Source of the DNA: Crocinitomicaceae bacterium
GTDB taxonomy: Bacteria > Bacteroidota > Bacteroidia > Flavobacteriales_D > Crocinitomicaceae
Length of the DNA: 64,000 nt
NCBI GenBank assembly: GCA_029251865.1
Contig: JAQXCN010000030.1
Span: 6,141 to 70,140, forward strand
Reading direction: 5' to 3'
Part shown: piece after piece, positions 38,036-47,014 of the stretch
Position numbering within the stretch: position 1 is the stretch's first letter
How the letters are laid out: every line of letters starts with the position of its first letter
Notes under the pieces: generated by a model
The model's input: only the letters and a program-made list of their open reading frames with translations
Told to the model about the DNA's origin: nothing
Database searches by the model: none
Translations under genes and position numbers: made by a program

Positions 38036-39091
38036 TTAAACGAGGTAAAAGAAGGTGAAAACAAAAACCCAAACTAAATCGACAAAGTGCCAATAAAGTC
38101 CAGTTTTTTCAACCATTTCATAATGCCCCCTTTTGTGATAGGTACCTTTCATAGCGCCAATCAAAATCAAAATGTTAATCAAAACCCCAGAAAAAACGTG
38201 AAAACCATGGAATCCTGTAATGAAGAAAAAGAAATGCGCGTATTGTTGTGGGCCGTATTCATTTTTAGTAGGTAACCAGTGTGTTCCATCTTCAAACCAC
38301 TTTGCGCCATACGTTACTTTTGGTGTTCCACTGTATAAAGAAGCATAATATTGCTTTTCTGCTTCTTTTCCTGTGATTTTATCGCCGATTTTTCTTTTTG
38401 AATCCTGAGAAGCTCCTTTAATCGTCAATTCCATGTCGTGATCGTGGGCTTTTTTAATTTTAGCTATTGAGCCATCATGAAGATGAATCATTCCTCCTTC
38501 GTGAATATGACCATTTTCAGCGGCATGCTGGAAGGTATGCATTAAGTCATCTTTTATAACCTCTCCTTTTTTGTGGTGCATTCCTGCCTCGATAACGGTA
38601 AAACTTTCAATCTCACCAAAATGTCCCTTAACTATAGCTTCTGAACCGTCAGCAAGTTCAATTCTTCCAAATTCTGAACCGTGTATGAAGTGGCTCCATT
38701 CCCAAACTTGAGAGCCCAAGAAAAAGAACCCGCCTATTACAGTTGCAATCATCCATTTTACAACACCTTTTTTATCCATTCTGTGACCTGCTTCCACCGC
38801 CAAAACCATGGTTACTGATGACACAATCAAAATAAAGGTCATTAATGCCACATAAATTAGAGGGTATCCATGTCCTAAAAACGGTAATGAATTAAAAGTT
38901 TCCTCACCTATCGGCCAAGCTTCAAGGGTATCATGTCTAACAAATCCATAGGCTACAAGGAGACCGCTGAATGTCAAGGCATCTGAAACAAGGAAAAACC
39001 ACATCATGAGCTTTCCATAACTGGTTTGAAAAGGTGATTCCTTTCCTCCCCACAATGTTTTTGAATCTAATTGAGTCGTCTGTCCCGCCAT
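38036..39091 (-). CDS. cytochrome c oxidase subunit III with ~150-aa insertion
   Basis: MMWFFLVSDALTFSGLL at the N-terminus and FFFFITGFHGFHVFSG...GLYWHFVDLVWVFVFTFFY at the C-terminus. A soluble His-rich insert lies between them. Confidence 0.85.
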   Translation of the reverse strand: MAGQTTQLDSKTLWGGKESPFQTSYGKLMMWFFLVSDALTFSGLLVAYGFVRHDTLEAWPIGEETFNSLPFLGHGYPLIYVALMTFILIVSSVTMVLAVEAGHRMDKKGVVKWMIATVIGGFFFLGSQVWEWSHFIHGSEFGRIELADGSEAIVKGHFGEIESFTVIEAGMHHKKGEVIKDDLMHTFQHAAENGHIHEGGMIHLHDGSIAKIKKAHDHDMELTIKGASQDSKRKIGDKITGKEAEKQYYASLYSGTPKVTYGAKWFEDGTHWLPTKNEYGPQQYAHFFFFITGFHGFHVFSGVLINILILIGAMKGTYHKRGHYEMVEKTGLYWHFVDLVWVFVFTFFYLV

Positions 39092-39113
39092 TTAAAAGAT
39101 TTTTTTTGCAAGT

Positions 39114-40178
39114 TTAATGAATAAAAACCAAAAACAGTATCAAATAGCCCCACAAAAGCCCTAAAAAATGCCAGAAAATAGCTGTTAAACGAAGCGTTAA
39201 ATGATTTTCAGCACCAAACTTATTCATAAATGTTTTTAAAACCACACGGCTCAAATAAATTAAGGCCACTGCAACATGCAATAAATGCAGGAAGGTTAAT
39301 ATAAATAAGAAGGATGAGGCCATGTCTGAAGACTCCGTGGCCTTGATTTGGAGGAAATTTGATAAAACCTTCCCCTTGTAAAACAGTTTCCTGTTCTTGT
39401 ATTCGAGTTTCTCTCCTTTGAAGGAGATATTAAAATCTTCCCCTAATTTGCCTTTAGCAAAAAAATCACCTCTTCCATCAACTACGTTTTGGGAGAGTTG
39501 TTTTAGTCTTAAAATATCGGCTGAAGCTAATGGCGTTGAGTCATTTAAGAAAAAAGAATTGTTTTTCACAAAAAGCGGCGTTCCTTTAAATACAAGGGTA
39601 TATTGATTTTTGCTGTTGGCAGTTACCAAACGAAACTTGTTGTTATAGTTTTCTCCCGAGATGAACTCTTTCATATAATTCTGGAATGAGGAAAAATCTT
39701 GCTCACTCATTTTTTTCTCACTTAACAAATAGTCATTGCCATCAACCGTAATAAATTGGTCATTCTTTTTTACTTCGAAATAGTCACCGTATCGACCATC
39801 TGTAACCACAATGTGATTTTGAAAAGGGTGCACGCCTCTGTCCATCAATTGCCCAAAACCTGACCATTGAAAGTAAATGAATAAGAGACCAAAAATTAAT
39901 GTGGATAACATCCCAACTTTGGTAAGGAGTAAATTGTCTTTCTTTGCATAGCTAATAGACGCAATGAAAGTCAAACTACTTGTAACGATGCATGCCGTAC
40001 TCCACCAAAATGCGCCCGGCAAAGTTGTCTCAAGCCAAAACGCATCACCCATACTGACTATGTAGGCAGAAGAAAGCCCAGCAAAAAGCATTACGATGCT
40101 GAAACAGCTCACATAAACAAGATTTTTTTTCATTTTTTCATGGACGACAGGGTCCAGATCTTTAGATAAATCCATCAC
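39114..40178 (-). CDS. cytochrome c oxidase subunit III-like protein with ~170-aa insertion
   Basis: N-terminal TM helices and C-terminal LTFLHLLHVAVALIY...AIFWHFLGLLWGYLILFLVF. Confidence 0.7.
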   Translation of the reverse strand: MMDLSKDLDPVVHEKMKKNLVYVSCFSIVMLFAGLSSAYIVSMGDAFWLETTLPGAFWWSTACIVTSSLTFIASISYAKKDNLLLTKVGMLSTLIFGLLFIYFQWSGFGQLMDRGVHPFQNHIVVTDGRYGDYFEVKKNDQFITVDGNDYLLSEKKMSEQDFSSFQNYMKEFISGENYNNKFRLVTANSKNQYTLVFKGTPLFVKNNSFFLNDSTPLASADILRLKQLSQNVVDGRGDFFAKGKLGEDFNISFKGEKLEYKNRKLFYKGKVLSNFLQIKATESSDMASSFLFILTFLHLLHVAVALIYLSRVVLKTFMNKFGAENHLTLRLTAIFWHFLGLLWGYLILFLVFIH

Positions 40179-41064
40179 TTAAAATTTTAATATGTTCTGC
40201 TTTATCTAGAACATAGGTAAATTGAATAATTGGTAAATAAACAAAGGAAGCGAACATTAGTTTTCTCGCATCAGCATCTTCTTGGCTAAGGAACAATTTA
40301 TACGCATAAATGAAAAATAAAGTGCCCAGAATTGCTGCAATTACGAACGTTGTATTTCCTGTCCAATCTAAAATCCATGGAATTAAACTAAAGGGAATCA
40401 GGGCTAAGGAATACAATAGAATTTGAAATGCGGACTGCTTAGATTTTCCAGAAGCCGATGGTAGCAAATGGTAACCAGCTTTCTTATAATCCTCGTGAGT
40501 AACCCATGCAATAGCCCAAAAGTGAGGGAATTGCCATGTGAATTGAACAAAAAACAAAACTCCTGGAAGAAATCCAAAGGTATTTGTTGCTGCAATCGCA
40601 CCAAGAAAAGGAGGAATCGCACCTGGAAATGCACCGACAAATACAGCCCATGCGCTTTTTGATTTCATGGGTGTATACATAAAGACGTAAGAGATAAAGG
40701 CTGCCAAACCAAGTAAAGCACACTTTAAATTGATGAGGTAAAGAAGCCCTGTTCCTATTACCAGCGTTGCAATTACAATGCTGTAAGCAGATCTTAGACT
40801 CATTTGTCCTTGAGGGAGAGGTCTGTTTGAGGTACGCGCCATGAGCTTATCAATATCTTTTTCCCAGATTTGGTTTGCTCCATTTGATGCTGCTGTTACT
40901 AGAGACCCTCCAAGCATTAAAAAGAGTATTTGAAGATAATCGGAACCACCTGCAAACAAGTAGCCTGATAATGCAGATAGAACTACTAGAAAAGAGAGTC
41001 TAAACTTGGTGAAAAGTATTATTTTTTTTAGTAGACTCTGTTGAATTAAAACTTCTTGCGTCAT
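40162..41064 (-). CDS. ctaB: protoheme IX farnesyltransferase (heme O synthase)
   Basis: UbiA-type motifs (NQIWEKDIDKLMARTSNRPLP) and about 9 TM helices. Confidence 0.92.
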   Translation of the reverse strand: MTQEVLIQQSLLKKIILFTKFRLSFLVVLSALSGYLFAGGSDYLQILFLMLGGSLVTAASNGANQIWEKDIDKLMARTSNRPLPQGQMSLRSAYSIVIATLVIGTGLLYLINLKCALLGLAAFISYVFMYTPMKSKSAWAVFVGAFPGAIPPFLGAIAATNTFGFLPGVLFFVQFTWQFPHFWAIAWVTHEDYKKAGYHLLPSASGKSKQSAFQILLYSLALIPFSLIPWILDWTGNTTFVIAAILGTLFFIYAYKLFLSQEDADARKLMFASFVYLPIIQFTYVLDKAEHIKILSDGFI

Positions 41065-41071
41065 TGCCGTG

Positions 41072-41079
41072 CAAATTTA
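41072..41079 (-). promoter_or_regulatory. Bacteroidetes-type -7 box TAAATTTG immediately upstream of ctaB
   Basis: The reverse complement of CAAATTTA is TAAATTTG. It ends 7 nt before the ATG at 41064. Confidence 0.4.
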
Positions 41080-41197
41080 CGAATTAATTAGTGTTTTTAG
41101 CAGTAAAGCATTGTATTAATGAGAAATATTAAAAAAGCAAATATTGTCAAAAGGCAACGCACAATAAGCGTTATATTTATGACAAAAATTAATTTTT

Positions 41198-41974
41198 ATG
41201 TTCGAAAACATTTCTATAGAAATTTCTGAAGGTATCGGTGTCTTAACGATTAATAGACCAAAGCAATTGAATGCTTTGAATAAACAAACTATTGAAGAAG
41301 CCCATAAGGCCTTGAAAAACTTGGAGGCAGACTCTAATGTTGGTGTAATTATACTTACAGGTGCTGAGGATAAAGCCTTTGTAGCAGGAGCAGATATAAA
41401 AGAGTTCGCTGACTTTTCAATTGCACAAGGTGGCACTCTAGCTCAAGAAGGCCAACGCTTGTTATTCGACTTCGTAGAGCATTATTCGAAACCAGTTATT
41501 GCTGCCGTTAATGGCTTTGCGCTAGGTGGCGGATTAGAATTGGCAATGGCCGCTCATATTAGAATAGCATCTAGCAATGCTAAAATGGGATTGCCAGAGG
41601 TGTCTTTAGGCGTTATTCCTGGTTATGGGGGCACGCAAAGACTAGCGCAACTTGTTGGAAAAGGAAAGGCGAATGAAATGATTTTCAGTGCAGGAATGAT
41701 TTCAGCGGAAGAGGCCGCAACTTGCGGTTTGGTTAATTCCGTGGTACCCCAAGAATCCCTAATGGAGACTGTGAAAAAGTTGGCTTCGAAAATATTAAGA
41801 AATTCACCGATGGCGATACGTTCTGCAATAAAAGCCGTAAATGCGGGTTATACTTCGGGAAAAAACGGATACGAAGTGGAAATCGAAGAGTTTGCGAAAT
41901 GCTTCGGAACAGAAGAATTCAAAGAAGGGACAACTGCTTTTTTAGAAAAGAGAAAAGCCAAATTTAGAAAGTAA
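41198..41974 (+). CDS. enoyl-CoA hydratase/isomerase family protein
   Basis: Crotonase pattern: FVAGADIKEF, AAVNGFALGGGLELAMAAHIRIAS, GLPEVSLGVIPGYGGTQRL. Confidence 0.9.
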   Translation: MFENISIEISEGIGVLTINRPKQLNALNKQTIEEAHKALKNLEADSNVGVIILTGAEDKAFVAGADIKEFADFSIAQGGTLAQEGQRLLFDFVEHYSKPVIAAVNGFALGGGLELAMAAHIRIASSNAKMGLPEVSLGVIPGYGGTQRLAQLVGKGKANEMIFSAGMISAEEAATCGLVNSVVPQESLMETVKKLASKILRNSPMAIRSAIKAVNAGYTSGKNGYEVEIEEFAKCFGTEEFKEGTTAFLEKRKAKFRK

Positions 41975-41975
41975 A

Positions 41976-43433
41976 ATGACCAGTCCAGTTAAAAAGCTTT
42001 TTGGACAAACAGCCGTTTATGGTATGTCTTCTATTTTAGGAAGGCTGCTCAATTATTTGCTAGTTCCTCTATACACTGCCGTTTTCGTTGACCCTGCTGA
42101 TTATGGTGTTGTCTCTGAGCTTTATGCCTGGGTTGCATTCCTTATTGTTCTGCTTACTTTTGGAATGGAGACCGCTTTCTTTAGATTTATTCAAAAAGAA
42201 GGCCAGCGTGAAAAGACATTTGCTACGGCATTGGTTTCTTTGTTGTTTGTTAATGCTGTTTTTTTTATCATTTTGGCCATTTTCCATCAGGATATTGCGA
42301 GGCTTTTACTCTTTGAACATCATGGTGAATATATTTTATTATTAGGTGGAATTGTTGCTATTGATGCTATTTCTTCTTTGCCTCTTGCCAAACTTAGAGC
42401 AGAGGAACGAGCCGTCCGGTTTTCAATAATCCAATTTAGTTCAATAGGCATTAATATCGCGTTAAATTTAGTTCTCATGCTCGGGTTTGTAGACCCTGAG
42501 CATCCTGAAAAAGGGATATTCTATATTCTATTGGCAAATCTTATGGCATCTCTAATTAAGCCGATTTTAATGTATAAGTCGTTTCAATTAAAAGCTTCGT
42601 TTGATCGTGCATTAATGCATAAAATGCTTCGTTACTCTATCCCTTTGGCAATCGCTGGTTTTGCTGGTATTATCAATGAAATGTTGGATAGGATTTTATT
42701 AAAGCAACTCTTATTCGACCCAACGTCTCCAGAATCATTAAATCTCGCAGAGGCCCAAGTAGGTATTTATAGTGCATCTTATAAATTGGCAATGCTTGTC
42801 ACTATATTTTTACAGGCTTATCGCTATGCGGCTGAGCCATTTTTCTTCAATCAAATGAAGAATGAACATAGGACCCAGGTATATGTGAAGGTAATGAATG
42901 CATTTATTGGCTTAGTCTGTTGTGTTTTTTTACTTGTAAGCCTAAATATTGATGTTTTTAAACATTTCATTCAAAATGAGTCTTATTGGGTCGGTCTTAA
43001 AGTCGTCCCAATATTACTGTTGGCAAATGTTTTCTTGGGGATTTATTACAACCAAAGCATTTGGTACAAGCTGAGCGGAAAAACCGGGTATGGTGCACTG
43101 ATTGCCATATGTGGCGCACTTTTAACTATAACCTTGAATATGATTTATATCCCTCAGTATGGCTACATAGCTTGTGCGTGGGCAACACTAATTGTCTACT
43201 TTATACAAATGATTCTTTCTTACATTCTAGGACAGAGGCACTACCCAATCCCATACAATCTTAAAAAGTTTTTTTTATACCTGGGGATTACTCTCGGGAT
43301 TTACTTTTTTGCGCGTGAATTTCAGTTTGAGGATCAAGTTATAAATCTTGTATACAGGAATAGTCTTCTACTTATGCTTATTCTATTTCTTTTTTGGAAC
43401 GAAAAGAAGCCTTTGGCTGAACTTGAAGTTTAA
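41976..43433 (+). CDS. oligosaccharide flippase (Wzx/MOP-type polysaccharide biosynthesis protein)
   Basis: 485 aa with about 12-14 TM helices. The N-terminus YGMSSILGRLLNYLLVPLYT is typical. Confidence 0.75.
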   Translation: MTSPVKKLFGQTAVYGMSSILGRLLNYLLVPLYTAVFVDPADYGVVSELYAWVAFLIVLLTFGMETAFFRFIQKEGQREKTFATALVSLLFVNAVFFIILAIFHQDIARLLLFEHHGEYILLLGGIVAIDAISSLPLAKLRAEERAVRFSIIQFSSIGINIALNLVLMLGFVDPEHPEKGIFYILLANLMASLIKPILMYKSFQLKASFDRALMHKMLRYSIPLAIAGFAGIINEMLDRILLKQLLFDPTSPESLNLAEAQVGIYSASYKLAMLVTIFLQAYRYAAEPFFFNQMKNEHRTQVYVKVMNAFIGLVCCVFLLVSLNIDVFKHFIQNESYWVGLKVVPILLLANVFLGIYYNQSIWYKLSGKTGYGALIAICGALLTITLNMIYIPQYGYIACAWATLIVYFIQMILSYILGQRHYPIPYNLKKFFLYLGITLGIYFFAREFQFEDQVINLVYRNSLLLMLILFLFWNEKKPLAELEV

Positions 43434-43505
43434 CGACTTTAATTCTATTTGAGGCTCTCGTGTTAGGTTAGCTGTCCTGAATCAATTAACTTTGTGGTCT
43501 GTAAT

Positions 43506-45452
43506 ATGTCACAATTCAAAGCCGGAAATTTTTTAGATCAAATTGAGATTCCTGAGGATCTTAGAACGAAGTTTTCTTTAAAGGATTTACCGCAGGTTTC
43601 AGAAGAGGTAAGACAATATATTATTGATGTAATCTCAGAGATCGGTAATAGTCATTTTGGAGCGAGTCTCGGCGTGGTTGAATTGACAGTTGCACTTCAT
43701 TATGTCTTTGATACGCCAAAAGATAAAATCGTTTGGGATGTCGGACATCAGGCTTATGGTCACAAAATTTTAACCGGCCGCAGAAATATTTTTCACACGA
43801 ATAGAAGTAAAGGTGGGATTTCAGGTTTTCCCAAACGTTCGGAGAGTGAATACGATACCTTCGGCGTGGGCCATTCTTCAACTTCTGTTTCGGCTGCTTT
43901 AGGTATGGCTATTGCTAATAAATATAAAGGCGACCCTAAAACACAACATATCGCTGTAATTGGTGATGGCGCCATGACCGCTGGTATGGCTTTCGAGGGG
44001 ATTAATCATGCTGGTTTCGAAAAGGATGCAAATCTTTTAGTGATTTTGAATGATAATGGAATGTCCATTGATCCCAGTGTTGGCGCATTGCGCGAGTATT
44101 CTAAAAATTTTAAACCTTCTCAGGCAGCAGTTAACGTCAAAGATGAATTGTGGAAAATACTCGGAAAAGTTTCGAAGTTTGGTCCTGATGCACAAAGTAT
44201 TGTTGCTAAAGTTTCAAAGGCCTTAAAAGGTGGCCAGAGCAACTTATTTGAGTCATTGAATTTCCAATATTTTGGACCAGTTGATGGTCATGATGTGGAA
44301 CGCATAGCGACGGTATTAACTGAATTAAAAGATATTCCAGGCCCTAAAATATTGCATTGTATTACGAGAAAAGGAGCTGGATACAAGTTTGCTGAGGAAG
44401 GCAATCCAGCACAATGGCATGCACCCGGAATATTCAATAAAGAAACGGGTGAAATCGTTAAGATATCGCCAGCCGCTTCCGAACCACCAAAGTATCAAGA
44501 GGTATTCGGGCATACCATTGTTGAGCTTGCAGAAAAGAATGACAAAATAATGGGTATAACCCCTGCAATGCCCTCAGGATGTTCTCTAAATATTATGATG
44601 AAGGCGATGCCCGATCGTGCATTTGATGTAGGTATTGCTGAGCAACATGCAGTTACCTTTAGCGCAGGACTTGCAACGCAAGGCCTGATACCTTTTTGTA
44701 ACATATATTCCTCTTTCATGCAAAGGGCATTTGATCAAGTTTTACATGATGTTGCAATTCAAAACTTAGATGTAGTTTTCTGTTTGGATAGGGCAGGTCT
44801 TGTTGGCGCTGACGGGGCTACGCATCATGGGGCATATGATTTGTCATATATGCGGTGTATTCCTAATATGGTTGTGTCTGCTCCAATGAACGAAGAAGAA
44901 TTAAGAAACCTTATGTTTACTGCGCAATTGCCAAAACAGGGCCCTTTTACGATAAGGTATCCTCGGGGAAGAGGGAATCTCTCAGAATGGAAAACCCCCA
45001 TGAAAGAAATTACTATTGGCAAAGGAAGGCGTATAACAAATGGTAACGATTTAGCTATTCTATCAATGGGTCATCCTGGTAATTTTGTTCAGTCGGCACT
45101 AGAGGAATTGGAAAGTCTTGGCGCCTCTGTTGCGCATTACGATATGCGTTTTGTGAAGCCAATTGATGAGCTTATTCTACATGAAGTTTTTACCAAATTC
45201 AAATATGTTATTACGATTGAAGATGGATGTATTATGGGTGGATTTGGCTCTGCTGTGATAGAATTTATGGCAGACCAGAAGTACCAAGCCGATATCACAA
45301 GATTGGGCATCCCAGATAAATATATACATCATGGAACTCAAAAAGAGTTATGGGCTGATTGCGGTTTTGATTCAAAAGGCATTGTAAATACTGTCATTAA
45401 GACACTATCTATCTCTAAACACGCAATAAAACTGAAAAAAAACATCAGCTAA
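43506..45452 (+). CDS. dxs: 1-deoxy-D-xylulose-5-phosphate synthase
   Basis: GHFGASLGVVELTVALHYVF, the TPP motif IGDGAMTAGMAFEGINHAG...LNDNGMSI, and AEQHAVTFSAGLA. The ATG at 43506 is preferred over the GTG at 43494. Confidence 0.95.
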   Translation: MSQFKAGNFLDQIEIPEDLRTKFSLKDLPQVSEEVRQYIIDVISEIGNSHFGASLGVVELTVALHYVFDTPKDKIVWDVGHQAYGHKILTGRRNIFHTNRSKGGISGFPKRSESEYDTFGVGHSSTSVSAALGMAIANKYKGDPKTQHIAVIGDGAMTAGMAFEGINHAGFEKDANLLVILNDNGMSIDPSVGALREYSKNFKPSQAAVNVKDELWKILGKVSKFGPDAQSIVAKVSKALKGGQSNLFESLNFQYFGPVDGHDVERIATVLTELKDIPGPKILHCITRKGAGYKFAEEGNPAQWHAPGIFNKETGEIVKISPAASEPPKYQEVFGHTIVELAEKNDKIMGITPAMPSGCSLNIMMKAMPDRAFDVGIAEQHAVTFSAGLATQGLIPFCNIYSSFMQRAFDQVLHDVAIQNLDVVFCLDRAGLVGADGATHHGAYDLSYMRCIPNMVVSAPMNEEELRNLMFTAQLPKQGPFTIRYPRGRGNLSEWKTPMKEITIGKGRRITNGNDLAILSMGHPGNFVQSALEELESLGASVAHYDMRFVKPIDELILHEVFTKFKYVITIEDGCIMGGFGSAVIEFMADQKYQADITRLGIPDKYIHHGTQKELWADCGFDSKGIVNTVIKTLSISKHAIKLKKNIS

Positions 45453-45495
45453 TCTTAAATTTTACTTTATATTGGACGACTAAATTGATGAAATT

Positions 45496-46890
45496 ATGTC
45501 TGCAAAAACCAATCAAAGTGCCCTTTTTACGCTAACGACAGTATTCTTTTTCTGGGGGTTTGTTGCTGCAAGTAACGATATTTTAATTCCCGTATTTAAG
45601 GAAGCGTTTGATTTAACTCAAGGTCAAAGTCAATTTGTTTCCATTGCTTTCTACATTTCATATACGGTTGGTTCTTTAATATATATGGGCGTTTCAATTT
45701 TCATTGGAAAAGACCTCGTTAACAAAATAGGATATAAAAATGGATTGGTTCTAGGTTTAGTTATTTCTGCTTTGGGGACATTGCTATTTTATCCGGCTGC
45801 AAATTCGGGCTCTTATCCTTTAATGTTAGCAGGATTATTTACTGTGGGACTAGGTTTTTCATTGCAGCAAACTGTTGCAAACCCATTAGCTATTGCTTTG
45901 GGGCCAGTTAAAACAGGGTCTCAACGACTTACTCTAGCAGGAGGGATAAACAATCTAGGAACCACTATCGGTCCTCTAATCGTCAGTTTCGCCATTTTTG
46001 GCACGGCTTCTTCTGGAAGTACAAACATGAGTATCGAAAGCGTTAAGATCCCGTATTTAATTTTGGGTTTAGCCTTTTTATTGGTAGCTGTTATGTTAAA
46101 GTTTTCTTCTTTACCGGAGCATCCTGAGGCCGTCGAAGAATCTGATGATGACGTTTCTTCTTCCAAAAAGTCAGCATTACAATACCCACAGTTAGTTTTG
46201 GGTATGTTCGCGATATTTCTTTATGTAGGTGTTGAGGTTTCAACGGCAGCGAATTTACCTGAATATATGGCGAAAGAATTAGGTTTTGCTATAGATAAAA
46301 TAGCACCGTATGTTTCTCTTTATTGGGCGAGTTTAATGATTGGTCGATGGACTGGTGCTGTTCAGGCTTTTACAGATAACATGTCAATGCAAAAAGTATT
46401 GCGCTTTATCGCGCCATATTTGGCATTTGGTGTTTTTTTACTTGTCAATGCGATTGCCAATCATGATTTAACGCCATTTTACGTTTACGGCGTGATTATT
46501 TTGGTATTGATTGCCGCGGATATGGCGAGTAAAGGTGACGCTGCGCGTATGTTGTTGATTTTTTCCATTCTAGGTATTTGCGCCTTATTTGTAGGTATGA
46601 CAACCACAGGAATGATTAGTGTTTACGCCTTTACAAGTGTAGGGTTATTTTGCAGTACGTTATGGCCTTGTATTTTTGCACTGTCAGTTCGCGGATTGGG
46701 AAAACATACGAGTCAAGGTAGTAGCTTTTTAATTATGATGATTATGGGTGGCGGAATTATTAGTTGGCTACAAGGTTCAGTATCAGAAAGTATTGGAATT
46801 CAAAGTAGCTATATCGTTGGTGTTTTGTGCTTTACATACTTAGGTTTCTTTGCATGGATTGTGAAAAGACGTTATTCTGCCGAAGTATAA
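45496..46890 (+). CDS. sugar MFS transporter (FucP / glucose-galactose transporter-like)
   Basis: 12 TM helices. The N-terminus FFFWGFVAASNDILIPVFKEAFDLTQGQSQ is typical of the family. Confidence 0.85.
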   Translation: MSAKTNQSALFTLTTVFFFWGFVAASNDILIPVFKEAFDLTQGQSQFVSIAFYISYTVGSLIYMGVSIFIGKDLVNKIGYKNGLVLGLVISALGTLLFYPAANSGSYPLMLAGLFTVGLGFSLQQTVANPLAIALGPVKTGSQRLTLAGGINNLGTTIGPLIVSFAIFGTASSGSTNMSIESVKIPYLILGLAFLLVAVMLKFSSLPEHPEAVEESDDDVSSSKKSALQYPQLVLGMFAIFLYVGVEVSTAANLPEYMAKELGFAIDKIAPYVSLYWASLMIGRWTGAVQAFTDNMSMQKVLRFIAPYLAFGVFLLVNAIANHDLTPFYVYGVIILVLIAADMASKGDAARMLLIFSILGICALFVGMTTTGMISVYAFTSVGLFCSTLWPCIFALSVRGLGKHTSQGSSFLIMMIMGGGIISWLQGSVSESIGIQSSYIVGVLCFTYLGFFAWIVKRRYSAEV

Positions 46891-47014
46891 AACTAGTCTA
46901 TCAATTCGAACAGCAAACTACTTAGTGTTTAAATGACATTTATATGCCCTCATGGTGCGTTTTTGTATGTAAAGTGTTAAATTCACCTTCTAAATACCAA
47001 ATCAAAACCAAAGA

